A stretch of DNA of 63,624 nt, filler included, from 17 parts of 17 records of this genome joined end to end with filler, not necessarily neighbours in it; one strand, 5' to 3'; shown: positions 13,256-27,141, counted from the first letter of the whole stretch. Notes: a model not told the origin generated them from the sequence alone. Program-made: numbers and translations.

Positions 13256-14575
13256 TCATATTTGAAGATTGTTCCTCAGAGGAACTTCCTCTATAACAAG
13301 AACATCAATGCCTTTGAAGGAAAAATTTTTATATAGACTTGTATTACTATCTTCATCAGCCTTTTTGTCCTCTTTTTGATGTTCACTAAGATACTTCTTA
13401 CAACATTTGATATAAACACATATAAAAATAATGCCTGATGCTGTAATAACAGCAAAAATGGAAACAATCATAACAATGAGATCTTGCTGAGATTTATCAG
13501 CAATTAAATTACCAGGTATCTCTATGGACGGAGTTAGACATTGACATGATGGAATTATAAGATCACCACAAGGAATTTTTAGCTGGTATTCAGGCTTAAA
13601 ACTGACCACTGGCCAGGTAAAGTTCACCAAAAGGAAACGTTCAGGGCAGATTTTCTTACTCTGGAATTTAGGAGAGACTGCAATGGTGAAGTTCATTTTT
13701 GGGTTATTTGCTAAATAGTCGTAAACTGCTTTTTCATTAGCAGTTACATCAATAACAGACGTCATTTTAGCTATATATTGCAATTTGATATAGGCTGTGG
13801 AATCTGGAATAAGAAAAACGTAATATATTTCCTCAGGAATAAGGTTCTGCATTTGAAAATGAACAGTTGGCGTGTTAATAAATACTGGAAATATTTGAAT
13901 GACTATACTTCGTAGGTGCCACTTTTTTAAATCTGTTATACCAGTACTTGGTTCATTATAAGAGGACATCCATATGATGTCCTTCATTTGGGATTGAGCA
14001 AAAAAGAAGGTATAGCTTGAGCTTTTTAATTTCAACTCAAAAGGCAAATCAAAAGTTACCTTATAACTTGCTGGAAAATATTTCATTGTATCCAAGCTTA
14101 TCAGAAGACATTTATTGAAATCTACGAAACAAAAGGCTGACTTAAATGAGGGCAACTTGGGTAAACTTCTACCATTCTCCCAATGAATGGACCGAAATAA
14201 TGATCTTGATTCTTGGTGTTCAATATCAAGAAAGAGTTCATTTGAAGGCAATGGTGTTTGCTCTCTAACAGGATATGACATCAAATTATTGCGTAGTTTT
14301 AATGCTCCTTCGGTGGCATTATAAGGAACAAGTTGTAAAGAGCAATCATCGGTGATATTGATAGTAGGTCTGTTCGCAAACTGATTTGTAGTGACATGTA
14401 AATTGCAATGCTTAGGGGAAAATTGAATGCCATTTGCAGTGCTTTCAAGAGCATCCAATATGTCAGTTGTAATCAAAACAAAAACGCTTGCAGTTTCAGG
14501 TTCAGCAGCAACAGTAGTAGAATATTTTCGCAGTAGCAACAATATTGTTAGTAGTGGCAAATTCCAAAGTATCAT
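13256..14575 (-). CDS. Orphan single-exon type I membrane protein (~439 aa)
   Basis: ATG at 14575 is followed by a signal-like stretch (MILWNLPLLTILLLL), a ~370-aa ectodomain, a hydrophobic TM (LIVMIVSIFAVITASGIIFICVYI), KCCKK and a short tail. No family recognised. Confidence 0.7.
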   Translation of the reverse strand: MILWNLPLLTILLLLRKYSTTVAAEPETASVFVLITTDILDALESTANGIQFSPKHCNLHVTTNQFANRPTINITDDCSLQLVPYNATEGALKLRNNLMSYPVREQTPLPSNELFLDIEHQESRSLFRSIHWENGRSLPKLPSFKSAFCFVDFNKCLLISLDTMKYFPASYKVTFDLPFELKLKSSSYTFFFAQSQMKDIIWMSSYNEPSTGITDLKKWHLRSIVIQIFPVFINTPTVHFQMQNLIPEEIYYVFLIPDSTAYIKLQYIAKMTSVIDVTANEKAVYDYLANNPKMNFTIAVSPKFQSKKICPERFLLVNFTWPVVSFKPEYQLKIPCGDLIIPSCQCLTPSIEIPGNLIADKSQQDLIVMIVSIFAVITASGIIFICVYIKCCKKYLSEHQKEDKKADEDSNTSLYKNFSFKGIDVLVIEEVPLRNNLQI

Positions 14576-15957
14576 GTCCTTATATTGGGGAATAGTTTTA
14601 AGTTCATCGCATAAGTATGTGGAATATCCCAATCTAAAACCAATATTATTATGTACCTCTATTACTACTTGTGCATGGCTACTTATAAGTATTAGAAGCT
14701 AAGTAACTGAAGCGATCAAAGCAAACTGTCAACAATATGGACGAATTGAGAACACACAGGTATTCATAACTTTATCTTCATTATAGCAGGATTTATATTG
14801 CATTGTTACTATTATTACTAATAATATCATCGATATTGCCATTGCAATGCAGCTAGGGGTATTGTTATATTATTATTGTATTATTAGTATTGTTATTATT
14901 AATAATAATTGTTATGAACAGTTCGTCGTCAAGGCCTGAAACCTTCAACGCTTCAAGCCAATAAGCTATTATTTATCAGCATCAAAGGGCCTTTGATTCA
15001 AAGGGCTTGCATGAATAATAAGGACTGAATAGGAAACACAGACTCTTTGCGTTATATGATATACCTAACCTATATGAAGTATGACTTTTAATATTTGAAT
15101 AAATTATTCATATTATTAATTAATTATTCATATTATTAACAATAACTTTTTTGATTTATTGTATCATAATTTTGGGTAATTTCATACTATCTATCTTCAT
15201 ATGATGTATACATACACAAAAGGGAACCGAAAAATGAACACTTAGCAAAATTTCAGACAGTTCAAAAATATTTTAATAAATAAAAAACGACAATCGCATA
15301 TGCACTACTCCATATGGATCACTTTATACCACCTAGTGGTATAAAGTGGTATAATAAAGTGGTCCATGTATTCCCAGAGTCAACACCTAGAAATTCATAC
15401 CTACTCAAGACCTGGAAATTCATTTTCGATAAAACTAGATTGCCATTCCACACCTACTCGCCGTTAGGTATACCGTTAGCTATTATAATATTATATTTGA
15501 GTACTATGTTACATATATGTCACATGTAGTATCATATATCATAAATCTATGTACTATCAATGATATCATAAATATGTTCAGTAGTAAACGATTGGAAAAT
15601 TTCTAATGAAAATTAGGAAACTATATGGAAATTAGGGAATACGAGAATTGATAAAAATGCTTAGTATGTTTATTAATTTTCATAATATCCTATGTACAAA
15701 ACAACTTGTTATTTTTAACAAGTACCTATGTACATATTTAAATTACCTAAATAATTCAATCCTACACATAACAATGCTTAGGATTATTACCTGTTAGTAA
15801 TAAGCTATTACATACAGTGCAGCCAGTATGCTTTTGGACAAAANNNNNNNNNNNNNNNNNNNNNNNNNNNNNNNNNNNNNNNNNNNNTTAATTAATTAAN
15901 NNNNNNNNNNNNNNNNNNNNNNNNNNNNNNNNNNNNNNNNNNNAAAAACAATGCAAC

Positions 15958-18900
15958 CTCCTATAGTTTCAACCTTATAAACATCATATTGGTCCAGAAC
16001 GTCATCAAAGCTCGTATAAAGATCATTTAAAAGTTGGACAACTTGAAATGGTGTACTTGTTGATGCCATGGTTGTAAATCCAACTATATCCGAAAAATAT
16101 ATTGACACTTCTTCGTAAGACTCTGGCAAAATATTTTCTCCGAGTTTTAACTTTTGGGCAACCGTTCTATCATTAGCAAGTATATTGATTGTACAATTAT
16201 TATTACAATAATAAAAATCATGCAAATTGTAAAGTAGTGTATATACAATATATTCATAGAATAATATATTCAATAATAGTGATAATAATATAAATAATAA
16301 TAATATAAATTATGAGATACTACACATTATAATGTAATATAAATTACGTTGGCAACATTCTGAACAGTAATTGGTCAGTCTTTTTCTTTTCCTCTTCTAT
16401 TTGTCTGGTTCGCTCTTCTACAATTTCTTCTAAGTTATTGGTATAATTTTCCATCATTGCAATCATATTATCAACGACATTCAAATTTCTAAGAAAAAAA
16501 CAGGGCATACTACATGGGAAAGTGGGCAAGGAAATCCTAAGTATATTGTCCTATTGTGCTCAATATATAGTCTTCAATGTGAAGTCAATGTGCACTCAAT
16601 ACTACAGTGAGTGCAGCAGGTATATTATGTGACCAAGTTAGGCAGATTAATAACTTATATGAACCTACAATTCTATCTGTTTTTATTCTGTTAGATTGTG
16701 ATGTGATTGTAATAATCAGTTATTTTAGTCAATTAATTAATTAGGGCACCTCTGGGTCGACTTTATTGCAACACTAAACTGACATCTGACTTGGTCATTA
16801 TAACCAGCCGAAGCACTATTATTTAATTAATAATAATAATTATCAATCTTTTGGAAATTAAAAATATGCTTACAATTACCTGCATGGTCTAAATCTGGTA
16901 TAGTTAATTTAAAATAAAAGTTAACGGCGATACATACGGTGACATTACTTTATCTGTAGCACCTGCAGATCAAATTATTTAAAATAATAAAACAAGATGT
17001 CGCTATAGGATATTTTACAATTTGGCGGTAATTGTTGTAACATACCTACTCAATTGTGGAGGGTTATATTACATACCTAACTTATATATGAAAAACAAAA
17101 GTACATAAGAAAATGAGATTTGGAAAAAAAAGTCCCGAACGGTAAAGAATAAACCTTTGGAGAGTTTTAGCATCCTCTGTTAAATGGCGCCATCTTTTTA
17201 TAGTTTTGAATCAGAGATTCCATTATTCACACCACCTTCAATAAAACAAAGAGATGGAGGGCTGGAGACTCCCTGGAGTAGTGAGTATAGAGGGCTTAGA
17301 CAAGCTAATACATATAGGCCTATCGAAAATGATAAGATAGGTTTGAATAGTGCAGTGTTTGGCTTGGCAGTAGCACTCCGAAAGGTGATATTTATAACTT
17401 CTTACAATTAGAGAACCATCATTGATAGAGCATCAAGACTCATCAGTGGAAAGTTCATCCACCTGTTATTAAACACCGTAATACGGTGACCCGTAAAAGT
17501 AAAATCAGTCAAAATGCTACCTTCATTCTCATAGTAAATAAAACTATACCTCTTTCCTGCAAACTTTTCAATTTTAGAAATAATACTGGGGAATAATGGC
17601 CTTTTTGTAGGATTTTCACTCCAACAAGCCTCCATCAATTTATAGTATGCACTTTTCATCAAACCTTGCTGAACAATAGGTCTGTAGTGAGGTCTTTGCC
17701 CACTCCTTACAGCTTCGATAACATCTTTTGGCTCAATTTCGCCATTTTGAGAATACGGGAGATTTCTTACGATAATCTCTTGCATTATGATACCATAGGA
17801 ATAAGCATCTCCGGACTGAGTACCATACATCGGTGGTTTCGATAACCTAAGCATTTCAGGAGCCGTCCACAAAAGGCCTTGGAAGTACTTGTTTGTTCCA
17901 AAATCCTCATCCTTCTGACCAGATTTAAACATTCCCAAGCCGTAGTCTGTCAGTTTGCATGTCCAGCGACTGTCCAACACAACATTACTTGACTTCAGCT
18001 TTCCATGAGATCGCAGTACACTTTGATGTATGTATCTCATACCCTTATGAAAGCAAGGTTACTATTAGCAAATTATAATTCTTACTAAAAGTAATTAATA
18101 TTGTATTGTCAATGTGCGCAGTAATTTATAGCGTTATGGTGTATTGACGCAATGTTATTATTAATAATAATAACGCACTATCGATATTATATATATTATA
18201 TACTTTGGCAATGTCCATAGCCAAACACATCTTGAACGTGTTATCTAATTTAACACCATCATCAGCTAAGACATCCTAAAATTGTATTGAGTAAAATTAT
18301 CGTTAGAAATGGGACCAGCCATTCACTACTATAATAGTATATTTATAGTATATCTATAATAATAGTATACTTAGTAAATTATATACTTATAATAATATTA
18401 TTTACTAGGGGTTCTGTATCTGATACATTATTACTAACAATAAGTCAATACCTGTAAACTGCCTTTTTTACAATAGGCCATCACAACAGCTTTTCTGATA
18501 CTGTCCACAACCAAACCAACAAATTGATTTATATACTCGTTGTTGATTTCTCTCATCTATAATGATTACAAATAGTACATATATGCTGCATGCATGTGTA
18601 TTCTATCTTTTGCTTAGGTACTAGAACTATAATGTCAACTTTATTATTCACCGTTTTGATTTCTGCAAGCAGCTTCCTATTATTCAAATCAACCTGTTTT
18701 TTATGGACAAATTTCAAACAGACAAGAGTCCCTTTATATCGTCCGACTTTGGTGTAAAGGGGTTCACTTTTTCCACTAGGTGCTACGGACTGGGAAGTAC
18801 TTCTTTTGCTTATCGAATCAATATTAAGTGAAGAACCTTCTAAACTTTCGGAATCAGAGTCAGAGTATGATTGCATTATAGACCTATCTTCAGAGCCATC

Positions 18901-21365
18901 AAACGCAGATGTAGCTAAGGTTTGCTAAAACATAACTAAACATTTGCACGAATGACAAATTCTATTTCCAAGTTATCCTCTTTACATTTACAGATAAAAG
19001 ATGTCGTATGTCAAAGAGAATTTCTCTACGCACAGGCAGGCAGTTCCACGTACGCTGTAACGTTATTAAGTATTGCACTATATTATTAATAATACAGTAA
19101 GTTGTAACTATAGTGACTATAGAAAAAGCTACATCGCTATTTTTTCTTCCAAGGAACATTATTTCACTGTAGTCAATTTTCCAAAGGTTTTCTGTTGATA
19201 GCTCAAGTTCATACTTTAGGCGTCGCTGCACGACAAAGAAAATAATAATGACAATTGCCAAAACAACAATCAATGAGACGGAAACACCAATTATCATATC
19301 AGCTAAAAACAGTCATAGTCATAATTTGGAATCTCCAGCTTGCTATATTATTAAATATCTTAGACTAAGACTTCAGGTTTATGTTTTATTACACAAATTG
19401 CCAAAAAGATACCCAACTTACTTGTGTTATTATCACAAAGTTCACCAGACCATCCACATTCTGGGTGATCTAATGGAGGCTCGGTAATTCCACCAGGAAA
19501 CTGCATACTTTTTGTTGGATCCACGTAAAACACGTTGTCCAAAGTCGAAAAGTATGCAAAGGAATATAAGTATCCACCAAGAAAATATTGCAAAGCATAA
19601 TCAGGATCTCTGTCTCCATTTTCATCTATTACCACATGGCCAGTAATACCAGTAAAGGATCTACTAAAAATGTATGGCATTATGCTTTCACCATCGTATT
19701 CGTCAACACCATCATTCAGGGCATCATCCAACGCCCTGGCATACAACTCCACAGCATCATATAAAAATCCAGCAAATACAATTACCTAGAACAAAGTAGC
19801 TATAGCTATATATATTTAGAACTAGAAGTTGTAGAAATTGCATACCTCTTCAGAATCCGTCATTGTAACATTAAATGGTGGTAAGGAATTTCTGACTCTG
19901 ACTGCTTCAACAAAATCTTGGTACTCTTGAGTTGTTGGAGTTTTCAAAACAATGTTTTGTAATCCGTTAAAAGCATGCATCGCAAGATCATCTAATCCAT
20001 CATCTCCCATAAATGTATTATTTCCAATGTAATCGTCTATAATAATACTGTATACAATGTATGTTAATAATAAATACTAATGCATTAGTTTGAAGTAAAC
20101 CTTCTTTTAAATTAATGGAATAAAAGACATATTCTCCGTCCAGCATTTCCAACTCATGCGCATTTAACATAATCAGTCTAACGTCATCCCGACTCGCACA
20201 AATTATAATAACTAAGCAAAGGAAAAACAATACAATTAAACTATACCTAGTCAATCTATTATTACTGATAACATTATCCTAATAATCATACTGTTATGTT
20301 TCTAATAATTATTACATATATGTAATAGTATATTATAATAAATTTTACTGCAAAAAGTAATTTAGCAAATATCTGTAATATTCTGTTTTTTTTATAAAAT
20401 TATTATTAGTAATATACAAAATTATTTCGTGACGAAACTAGTTGGTAACAGATAGGTCTATTACGTAATATGGATTGGCTTAGGCTTAGTATATACAAAA
20501 TTATTTCATCTAATGATTATTATTAATAATAATGAAAGTATTTTTAGTTGTACAACACATTCATAATACACTATATACAATATATTATTATTATTGTAGA
20601 ACTTATATTACTTCTAGAAGTTTGTTTTATTTCTTCAAGTAAAGCGAACTGATCTACAGAATCCTTGCCAACTATTTGACTCGAAGCTGGGTCAAAGAGA
20701 AGAAAAGAGCCTATGGTTTTCCCGTTGGATTCCAAATAATCCTTAATGACATAAGCAGTCATTTGCCAAGCAGTTTCAGTACTGCTCATGATGCCTATTG
20801 TAGTCCAATCCCAATATGCCATAATACCAAAAAACATTGGTGCTAACTTTGTAAATGGTGCAATTGTCCTGGCTACGGTAGGATAACTTTCCTTGTCAGA
20901 AAGTTTTGGAGAAAAGCAGCCATAAGTAACCATTGGAACATTCCAATAGGCCAAGATGTAACCTCCAGGTTCACACACCAAATCACATCCAGGTCCTAAA
21001 ATGAGCACATCATATTGTAATAAAGTAACCATTCATTTAAATTCAAGGATACCCATAACAGCATGAACATCTCTATTGTATCTCTCATAAAAGCCAACAA
21101 GGGTTCCAAGTCCATATCTGGGATGACATTTACCATCACTCCACAACAATCTCAGCTTTTTGGTGGGCAATATTGATGGATTGTCATTAATTTCTTCAAT
21201 TTTCAGCATGGCAGCACCAGAAATCCACTTTCCAAAGGGATAACTTCCAGACCATGGAGACAGGTATACTAAGTTTATGTAGGAGTCATTGAAAAGTGAT
21301 CCGGAGTGCACAATTTGAAATAAATTTGTAAAAATGACTAGGAACAAACAATAGGCTTTCTTCAT
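15958..21365 (-). CDS. Receptor (membrane) guanylate cyclase, NPR-like; 3' end missing
   Basis: Signal peptide; ANF-receptor ectodomain ([37 protein letters not shown]); TM ([22 protein letters not shown]); kinase-homology domain ([33 protein letters not shown]); hinge ([10 protein letters not shown]); cyclase start ([21 protein letters not shown]). GT-AG introns. Confidence 0.93.
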
Positions 21366-22099
21366 GTTTTATAAGGAAAGTAAGTAATGCATTTATTTTG
21401 ATTATCAATAACAATATTGATATCAATGGCATGGTCATATTTATATGGAGCTTTTAGCATGTCTTCATGTTTCGCTGTACATACATCAAAGGATTAAAAA
21501 AGATTAAGTTTTCAGTAATATCATCAGCTAATTAGTAAAAATGCAACATATAGAGAATGATTCAACGATCATCTACGTACAATGAATGGCTTTCCAGCAA
21601 AACAAACTGGAAAACCATAGTAGCAGGCAAATGTTTCGACTTCTTCATAATAAAAACCAAATTTTGACTAGTATGAAAATCATTATAATGGATTATGTAA
21701 AATGAGCATAATACGTGCATCATATGACAAAACATAATACAGAGAATATTATTAAATTTAGACAAAACGCAATTTTGAAATGGAAGTAATTTTTGAAGAT
21801 CATTCAAAACCAGCTAAAGTTCTAAACAAGCATTGTCATAACCCTTTTTATCATAATTGTCTATTAATAGCTCCAGGAAGCCAGAATTTTGACGGTAATT
21901 TATCAAATGTAAAAACATGTTACCTCTATGGCTTTCATGGACTTTTGGATTCCTTAGTCTTTACTAATTGTCAATCCTTGTATGAAATAGTAAGCTGTAT
22001 AAGTTATACCAAACAACGCTAAATACACGAAAAGGCTAACTTTTCACAATTTTCTAATATCACCATTGTGTTCAGCACCAGAAAGCACCCTTTATTGGT

Positions 22100-22168
22100 C
22101 ACTTCCAGCCCTAAAATGAGGTTCCTTCTATTTGCCGCCATTTTAAAAGTGGTCGTACAGCGACATCT
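22100..22168. promoter_or_regulatory. Candidate promoter cluster upstream of the guanylate cyclase gene
   Basis: YY1-type GCCGCCATTTT at 22134-22144, CTCF-like GCGACATCT at 22160 and CACTTCC at 22100, within a CpG-containing patch. Motif match only. Confidence 0.3.
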
Positions 22169-23338
22169 TCCCGTGCTATGTAAATGTCAATTGCTGATGT
22201 CTGCTATGTGAGGCTATGGCTGATTTTTGAAGTTACAGAAAATAGTTCCAAAAATGTGTAGTAGGGGGTTTTTGTGGGCGAAAAATTCGAATATTGACTC
22301 CACTATTTGCAAAAACGCTTCATATAAGCGTTAAAACGCTCTAGTGAAATTAGTTATTTAATCAATTTTGGAGCTATTATTATAACGGAACAGCGTTGCC
22401 ACCAGACCATGGGCATCAAACACAATTAATTAATTTTCATTAATTAATAATAATAATGATTAATAATTTCAATAAATCTAATAAGTACGTATATTATGAG
22501 CTGTTAATAATTATTATCTACTATATACCAGACATTTNNNNNNNNNNNNNNNNNNNNNNNNNNNNNNNNNNNNNNNNNNNNTTAATTAATTAANNNNNNN
22601 NNNNNNNNNNNNNNNNNNNNNNNNNNNNNNNNNNNNNGAGAAAGTGCTCCTATGATATTACTCGATAACGCTACATTACAAAATTATTAATACAATAATA
22701 ACAGGTGTTACTTCTGGGAGGGAAAAAAAGCGTTTTAATATATAGACAACTACTAGTATTTATTAAAAACAACCACGAAAGGAAATTTATTAAATGTAAT
22801 ACATTCAAATAAATCTAATGCAGGATTTTCGCAGGACAAAACGCAATAAACGCCATCATCATCCAAAGTCAGACGCGTTTTACACTGATAAAAGCAACTG
22901 TATTAAGTCAAACCACTATCAATTTCAGCTCCTTGTACTACTTATTAAAATAATTGACAATGATTTGACTACGATGCGATAATAACAAGCAGCTTTTATT
23001 TTTTATGTGCTAAAATTTCATTAATAAATTAGTAAATACTAACAACAAAAAATGCACTACTTTTGCTTGTTTAATACACATGCACACTTACCAAATTATA
23101 CGAAAACAGTTGATATGGTAGAGTCAAAATACTAGGGTGACGATTTTTCCCTCCTCCATTAGAGGTTAGAGTCTAAAGGACCATTCCAAAGATATACAGT
23201 TCCATACGCACACAGACAGACAACATTTAATGTATAAATATTTACAATACATACAAGTGTAAATTAATGTATTGATATAAAAATTTTAAAACATGAGAAA
23301 TGACAGGTGAGAGAAAACGCTAATATATTAAAGCATAC

Positions 23339-25350
23339 TGCTTCAGTTTTCTTTTCTATTTCAGGGTCAGATGGTGGACCATCGGCAGGCAATGGCGGTG
23401 GAGGTGAGCCTTTGCTTTCTTGCACGCCAGCACCTTGTTTTTCCTCTTCAAAGGTTTCTGGTGCTTCTGGATTGCTGTCAACCTAAAAGATTTTATCACC
23501 CTAACGTTGTATCTCCTGTCAAAAATTCAAGTGCTTACAAATCTGCTTGTTCTGTGTTTGTAGGAGACATGTAGTGGCTCTTCTGTATTGTCATCATCAA
23601 ATATTATTCTACCCTTTCTATAACATGTTTAGAAAAATAACAGTCAACATTTTTTGTGTACCTCTAACAGCCTGTTAGTAGCAGGCTGTAGTAATAACAG
23701 CTTATTATTAACAATAGAGTCTATTCAATGATTGAATAGACAATGAATACATGAATACTTATTTGGCATTTTGACTTTGCAAACAAGGTATTTATTATAC
23801 TACATACCCCCTTTTGAGCATGTCCCCAAAGGTTCTTTTAGGCTTTTCTTCAATTTGAGGTTTTTCATCCAAAACAGCAGTTTTTTCCTGCAATTTTTGG
23901 ATATTTTCTGATTGAATCTTCTTCCGACGACTCCGCCAACTGTCCAAATCGTTTTGCCAAACCGGATCTTGGGCATCTTTACCTTTATCTTCTTCTGGTA
24001 GCACAGCTGTAGATGAAACCCTCGGACTTGGTGTCGTCTCCACCGATGATGTACCAGCGTAACTTTGTCTTGGTGTAGAAGGTTTAACAAATTTCATTGG
24101 GTCATTCACAGGCAAAGAAGAACGTTTAACTTCTCTTTCACGTGCATATTCATCACGTACTTTTGTAGGGGTATTACCACTGTTTGAGGAGGAATAAGAT
24201 TCAGTTTTTCGATGTTCAATAATTAGATCAGAATTACCATTAGAAACTTCAGGCTCTTCAGAGACTTTGTTGTTAGACTGTTGTTGACTAATTACAAGAA
24301 ATTCAGCAAATGAGGATAAATCTAGCTTTGGAACATGCTTAAACTCGGGCTTAGCATTAACCGTTCTGGCTAGCCAATAAATCGTACAAATTACCTAAAA
24401 TTAATAAGGCGTAATAATGACAATTCAATCTTTCAATCAACAGATTTCATACCCTAACCAACCCAATTAGGCTTCTTCTATCTTCCGACTGATTTCTACA
24501 AGCAGTGATCAATAAAAGTATGGTTGAATTATTATAGACGAAAGACAACAGATGATCAAGTAGACTTAGTATTGATATTTAATAAGTAATCATTACGTAC
24601 ATGTCAGCGGTTCGCACCAAATCTGAACAGTCAAAAAGTCGATCTCTTGAAAGACCAAAAACGGATGAGCATACTTTCAAGAAGCTTTTAACATTTTCCT
24701 AATAAAGACGTTTGACCTTTATTATTGGCAATAATAACATCGTACTGTATGTTCAGCAATAAATTGCTGCATTGCTACCTGTTTAACACTAGCCAGGTTA
24801 CTGGATCGTATAATTCTTCCTATACACCCAGGCTTTATGCATTGAGCCAAGCTAAAATAAAGGGGTGTTACCTCATTAGTCATTTACCTGAATACACCTT
24901 TGTTGCTATACGTATACACATATACAATATTAATAATATTATTATAATATGTAATATAAATGCAATAACATATAATAACAAATCATGTGGTCCAGTATTA
25001 CGTTCATCAATACCTCCCACCGTGGAGATGAGGCCAAATGTTGTATGATACTTTTGTAGATACACTATTCGTAATACGAATTTCGTATGCACAGATCTTG
25101 CAATAACAATAAAAAAAAACAATTAATATCGAAAAGCTGATATTCAGAAGAAATCTATCAATAAGCAAAACAAAAGATTTTCTACTTTAGGCGATGCAAC
25201 TGACAAATAGTCAATCAATAAAAATGATGACACATATTATTAAGCTATGATACACATACAGCATAATGATACATACTCGCATAATACTGCCCCGTCTTCT
25301 AAGGACTTCAGAAAATCATCTGGATTGATAAGTGACTTCTTCGTTACCGT
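23339..25350 (-). CDS. LMO7/LIMCH1-family protein, internal part (CH domain and WQDDL-type motif), partial
   Basis: Spliced exons give DDFLKSLEDGAVLCD-LAQCIKPG...ENVKSFLKVC...LFDCSDL...VICTIYWLART...PKLDLSSFAEFL, then WQNDLDSWRSRRKK, matching LMO7/LIMCH1 motifs. Confidence 0.82.
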
Positions 25351-25974
25351 CTAAATCAAAGAATTTCAAATGTTTTTCTGAAAAACTTTCTCAGTTAACA
25401 CATACATTATATTAGTGGGGGGGGTGCAATGATGGTAATGGAAAACTTACGACCGGAGCGAGCGAGAAACTTTTTGGTATAAAAATAAAGTTATTANNNN
25501 NNNNNNNNNNNNNNNNNNNNNNNNNNNNNNNNNNNNNNNNTTAATTAATTAANNNNNNNNNNNNNNNNNNNNNNNNNNNNNNNNNNNNNNNNNNNNCTTT
25601 ACAAAGTTATAAGTAAAGAACAGATGTAACAGTAGAAATAATATCTTATGTTTGTTCACAAAGACATTATGTCACCATCTATGAAAATAACAAAAATTAT
25701 TTATTAAAGTTTTTATATTAATATGCAAATTCATATAGATGGTCAAAAAATCTGCCAAAAAATCTAGTTTATACATATGTAATGGTGGAATGGCCTATAT
25801 ACTGAATTATACATTTATATTTTATTATAGCTTAGGGCTATAATTATTTTAATATTATCTTAATTAAGCCATATGTGATACCAATTACTAATTATATTGC
25901 TATTTACTTTATTTTATTGTAATATAATATTGTATATAATATGTAATATAAGTATATATAAACAAATTTATAGC

Positions 25975-27141
25975 TCATTCATGATGTATGTCTTCATGTA
26001 ATAATTCTTCACCAGCAATAATAAGCAAAACATTAAACAATATTGTAAATATAACAACAAATACAAAAAATAAAGAAAAGCAAACTATATCTAATTTTCT
26101 AGCAACTACTTTTGATGAAAAATTATCCTTATATCTTATACACATTTGAAAAAGATAGGGCAAATTTTCACAGTGATAAATTGTAGTATTGATAATAGTA
26201 AATAACATAGCCAATTCTGTAAGCCCAAGCTGTATAATTATATAAATAGTAAACAATGGTATTACATCAGATGATTTTGGTAAAACTTCGGAAACAATGA
26301 TTAAATAAACACTGAAAGCAAGTAATAAGGTAATGATATATGACACTTTTTCACCACTATCAAAATGAAGTAAAAATACCAAAGGTACAGCAAATGACAT
26401 TATACTAATTGGTAATAGCAAATTCCAAACATAATAACTTGATAATCTCTTCAATTTGACTGTAATATGTAATTGATCCCAATATAAACCATCACCACTA
26501 ACTTGTGTGATTTCACATGCATGAGAAACAATCTCCCATTCAGTACTATTTTCAGATCTATCTGTGTGAAAACATTCTGATCCATTCATTGTAGTTAAAC
26601 TTTCCATATCACTTGTTAGCTGCCATGGCCCATAGTGAAGAAAACATTCTACCACATCATATGGAAAAGCATAAATGTCAGAATGACAATTTACATGAAA
26701 TTGCTTTGATAACCAATATGTCATGGTACCATCAAAGTAAACAAAGACCATGTCATCAATTGGTGGCTCAAGGTATCTTTCACCATATGGTGAAGAAAGT
26801 ACAATGTCTGGCATCCAAACATTTCTTACAGTCAAGGTGGTGTAATTCTTGGTTTTGTTGAAATTACTTGGATTCCAGGTAAGATATTCATTTTTCCATT
26901 CGAGATAAATTTCTCCCAAGAGTCTTCCAGACTTGGAAACAGTATCTACTGCATTTATCTTATGCAATTCAAAAAAGGTGAAAATGATGACTGATGCTGA
27001 ATCATTGACCACTGGTCTGCAATCTTTTACAGATCTTTCTAGCAAATTCCTTGTTAGCTTAAGTTCATTACAACCTAGTTTTTTAATTGAAAAAGAAACA
27101 AACAAGAAAATGAAAAGGCCAATTTTCTGTTGCTGAAACAT
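25975..27141 (-). CDS. Intronless Cys-loop ligand-gated ion channel subunit (nAChR-like, non-alpha, predicted cation-selective)
   Basis: RPVVN, WMPDIVL, Cys-loop CHSDIYAFPYDVVEC, M1, SGEKVSY before M2, M3, a very short loop and M4. No vicinal CC in loop C. Likely start at 27141 (MFQQQKIGLFIFLF); an upstream ATG exists at 27183. Confidence 0.9.
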   Translation of the reverse strand: MFQQQKIGLFIFLFVSFSIKKLGCNELKLTRNLLERSVKDCRPVVNDSASVIIFTFFELHKINAVDTVSKSGRLLGEIYLEWKNEYLTWNPSNFNKTKNYTTLTVRNVWMPDIVLSSPYGERYLEPPIDDMVFVYFDGTMTYWLSKQFHVNCHSDIYAFPYDVVECFLHYGPWQLTSDMESLTTMNGSECFHTDRSENSTEWEIVSHACEITQVSGDGLYWDQLHITVKLKRLSSYYVWNLLLPISIMSFAVPLVFLLHFDSGEKVSYIITLLLAFSVYLIIVSEVLPKSSDVIPLFTIYIIIQLGLTELAMLFTIINTTIYHCENLPYLFQMCIRYKDNFSSKVVARKLDIVCFSLFFVFVVIFTILFNVLLIIAGEELLHEDIHHE

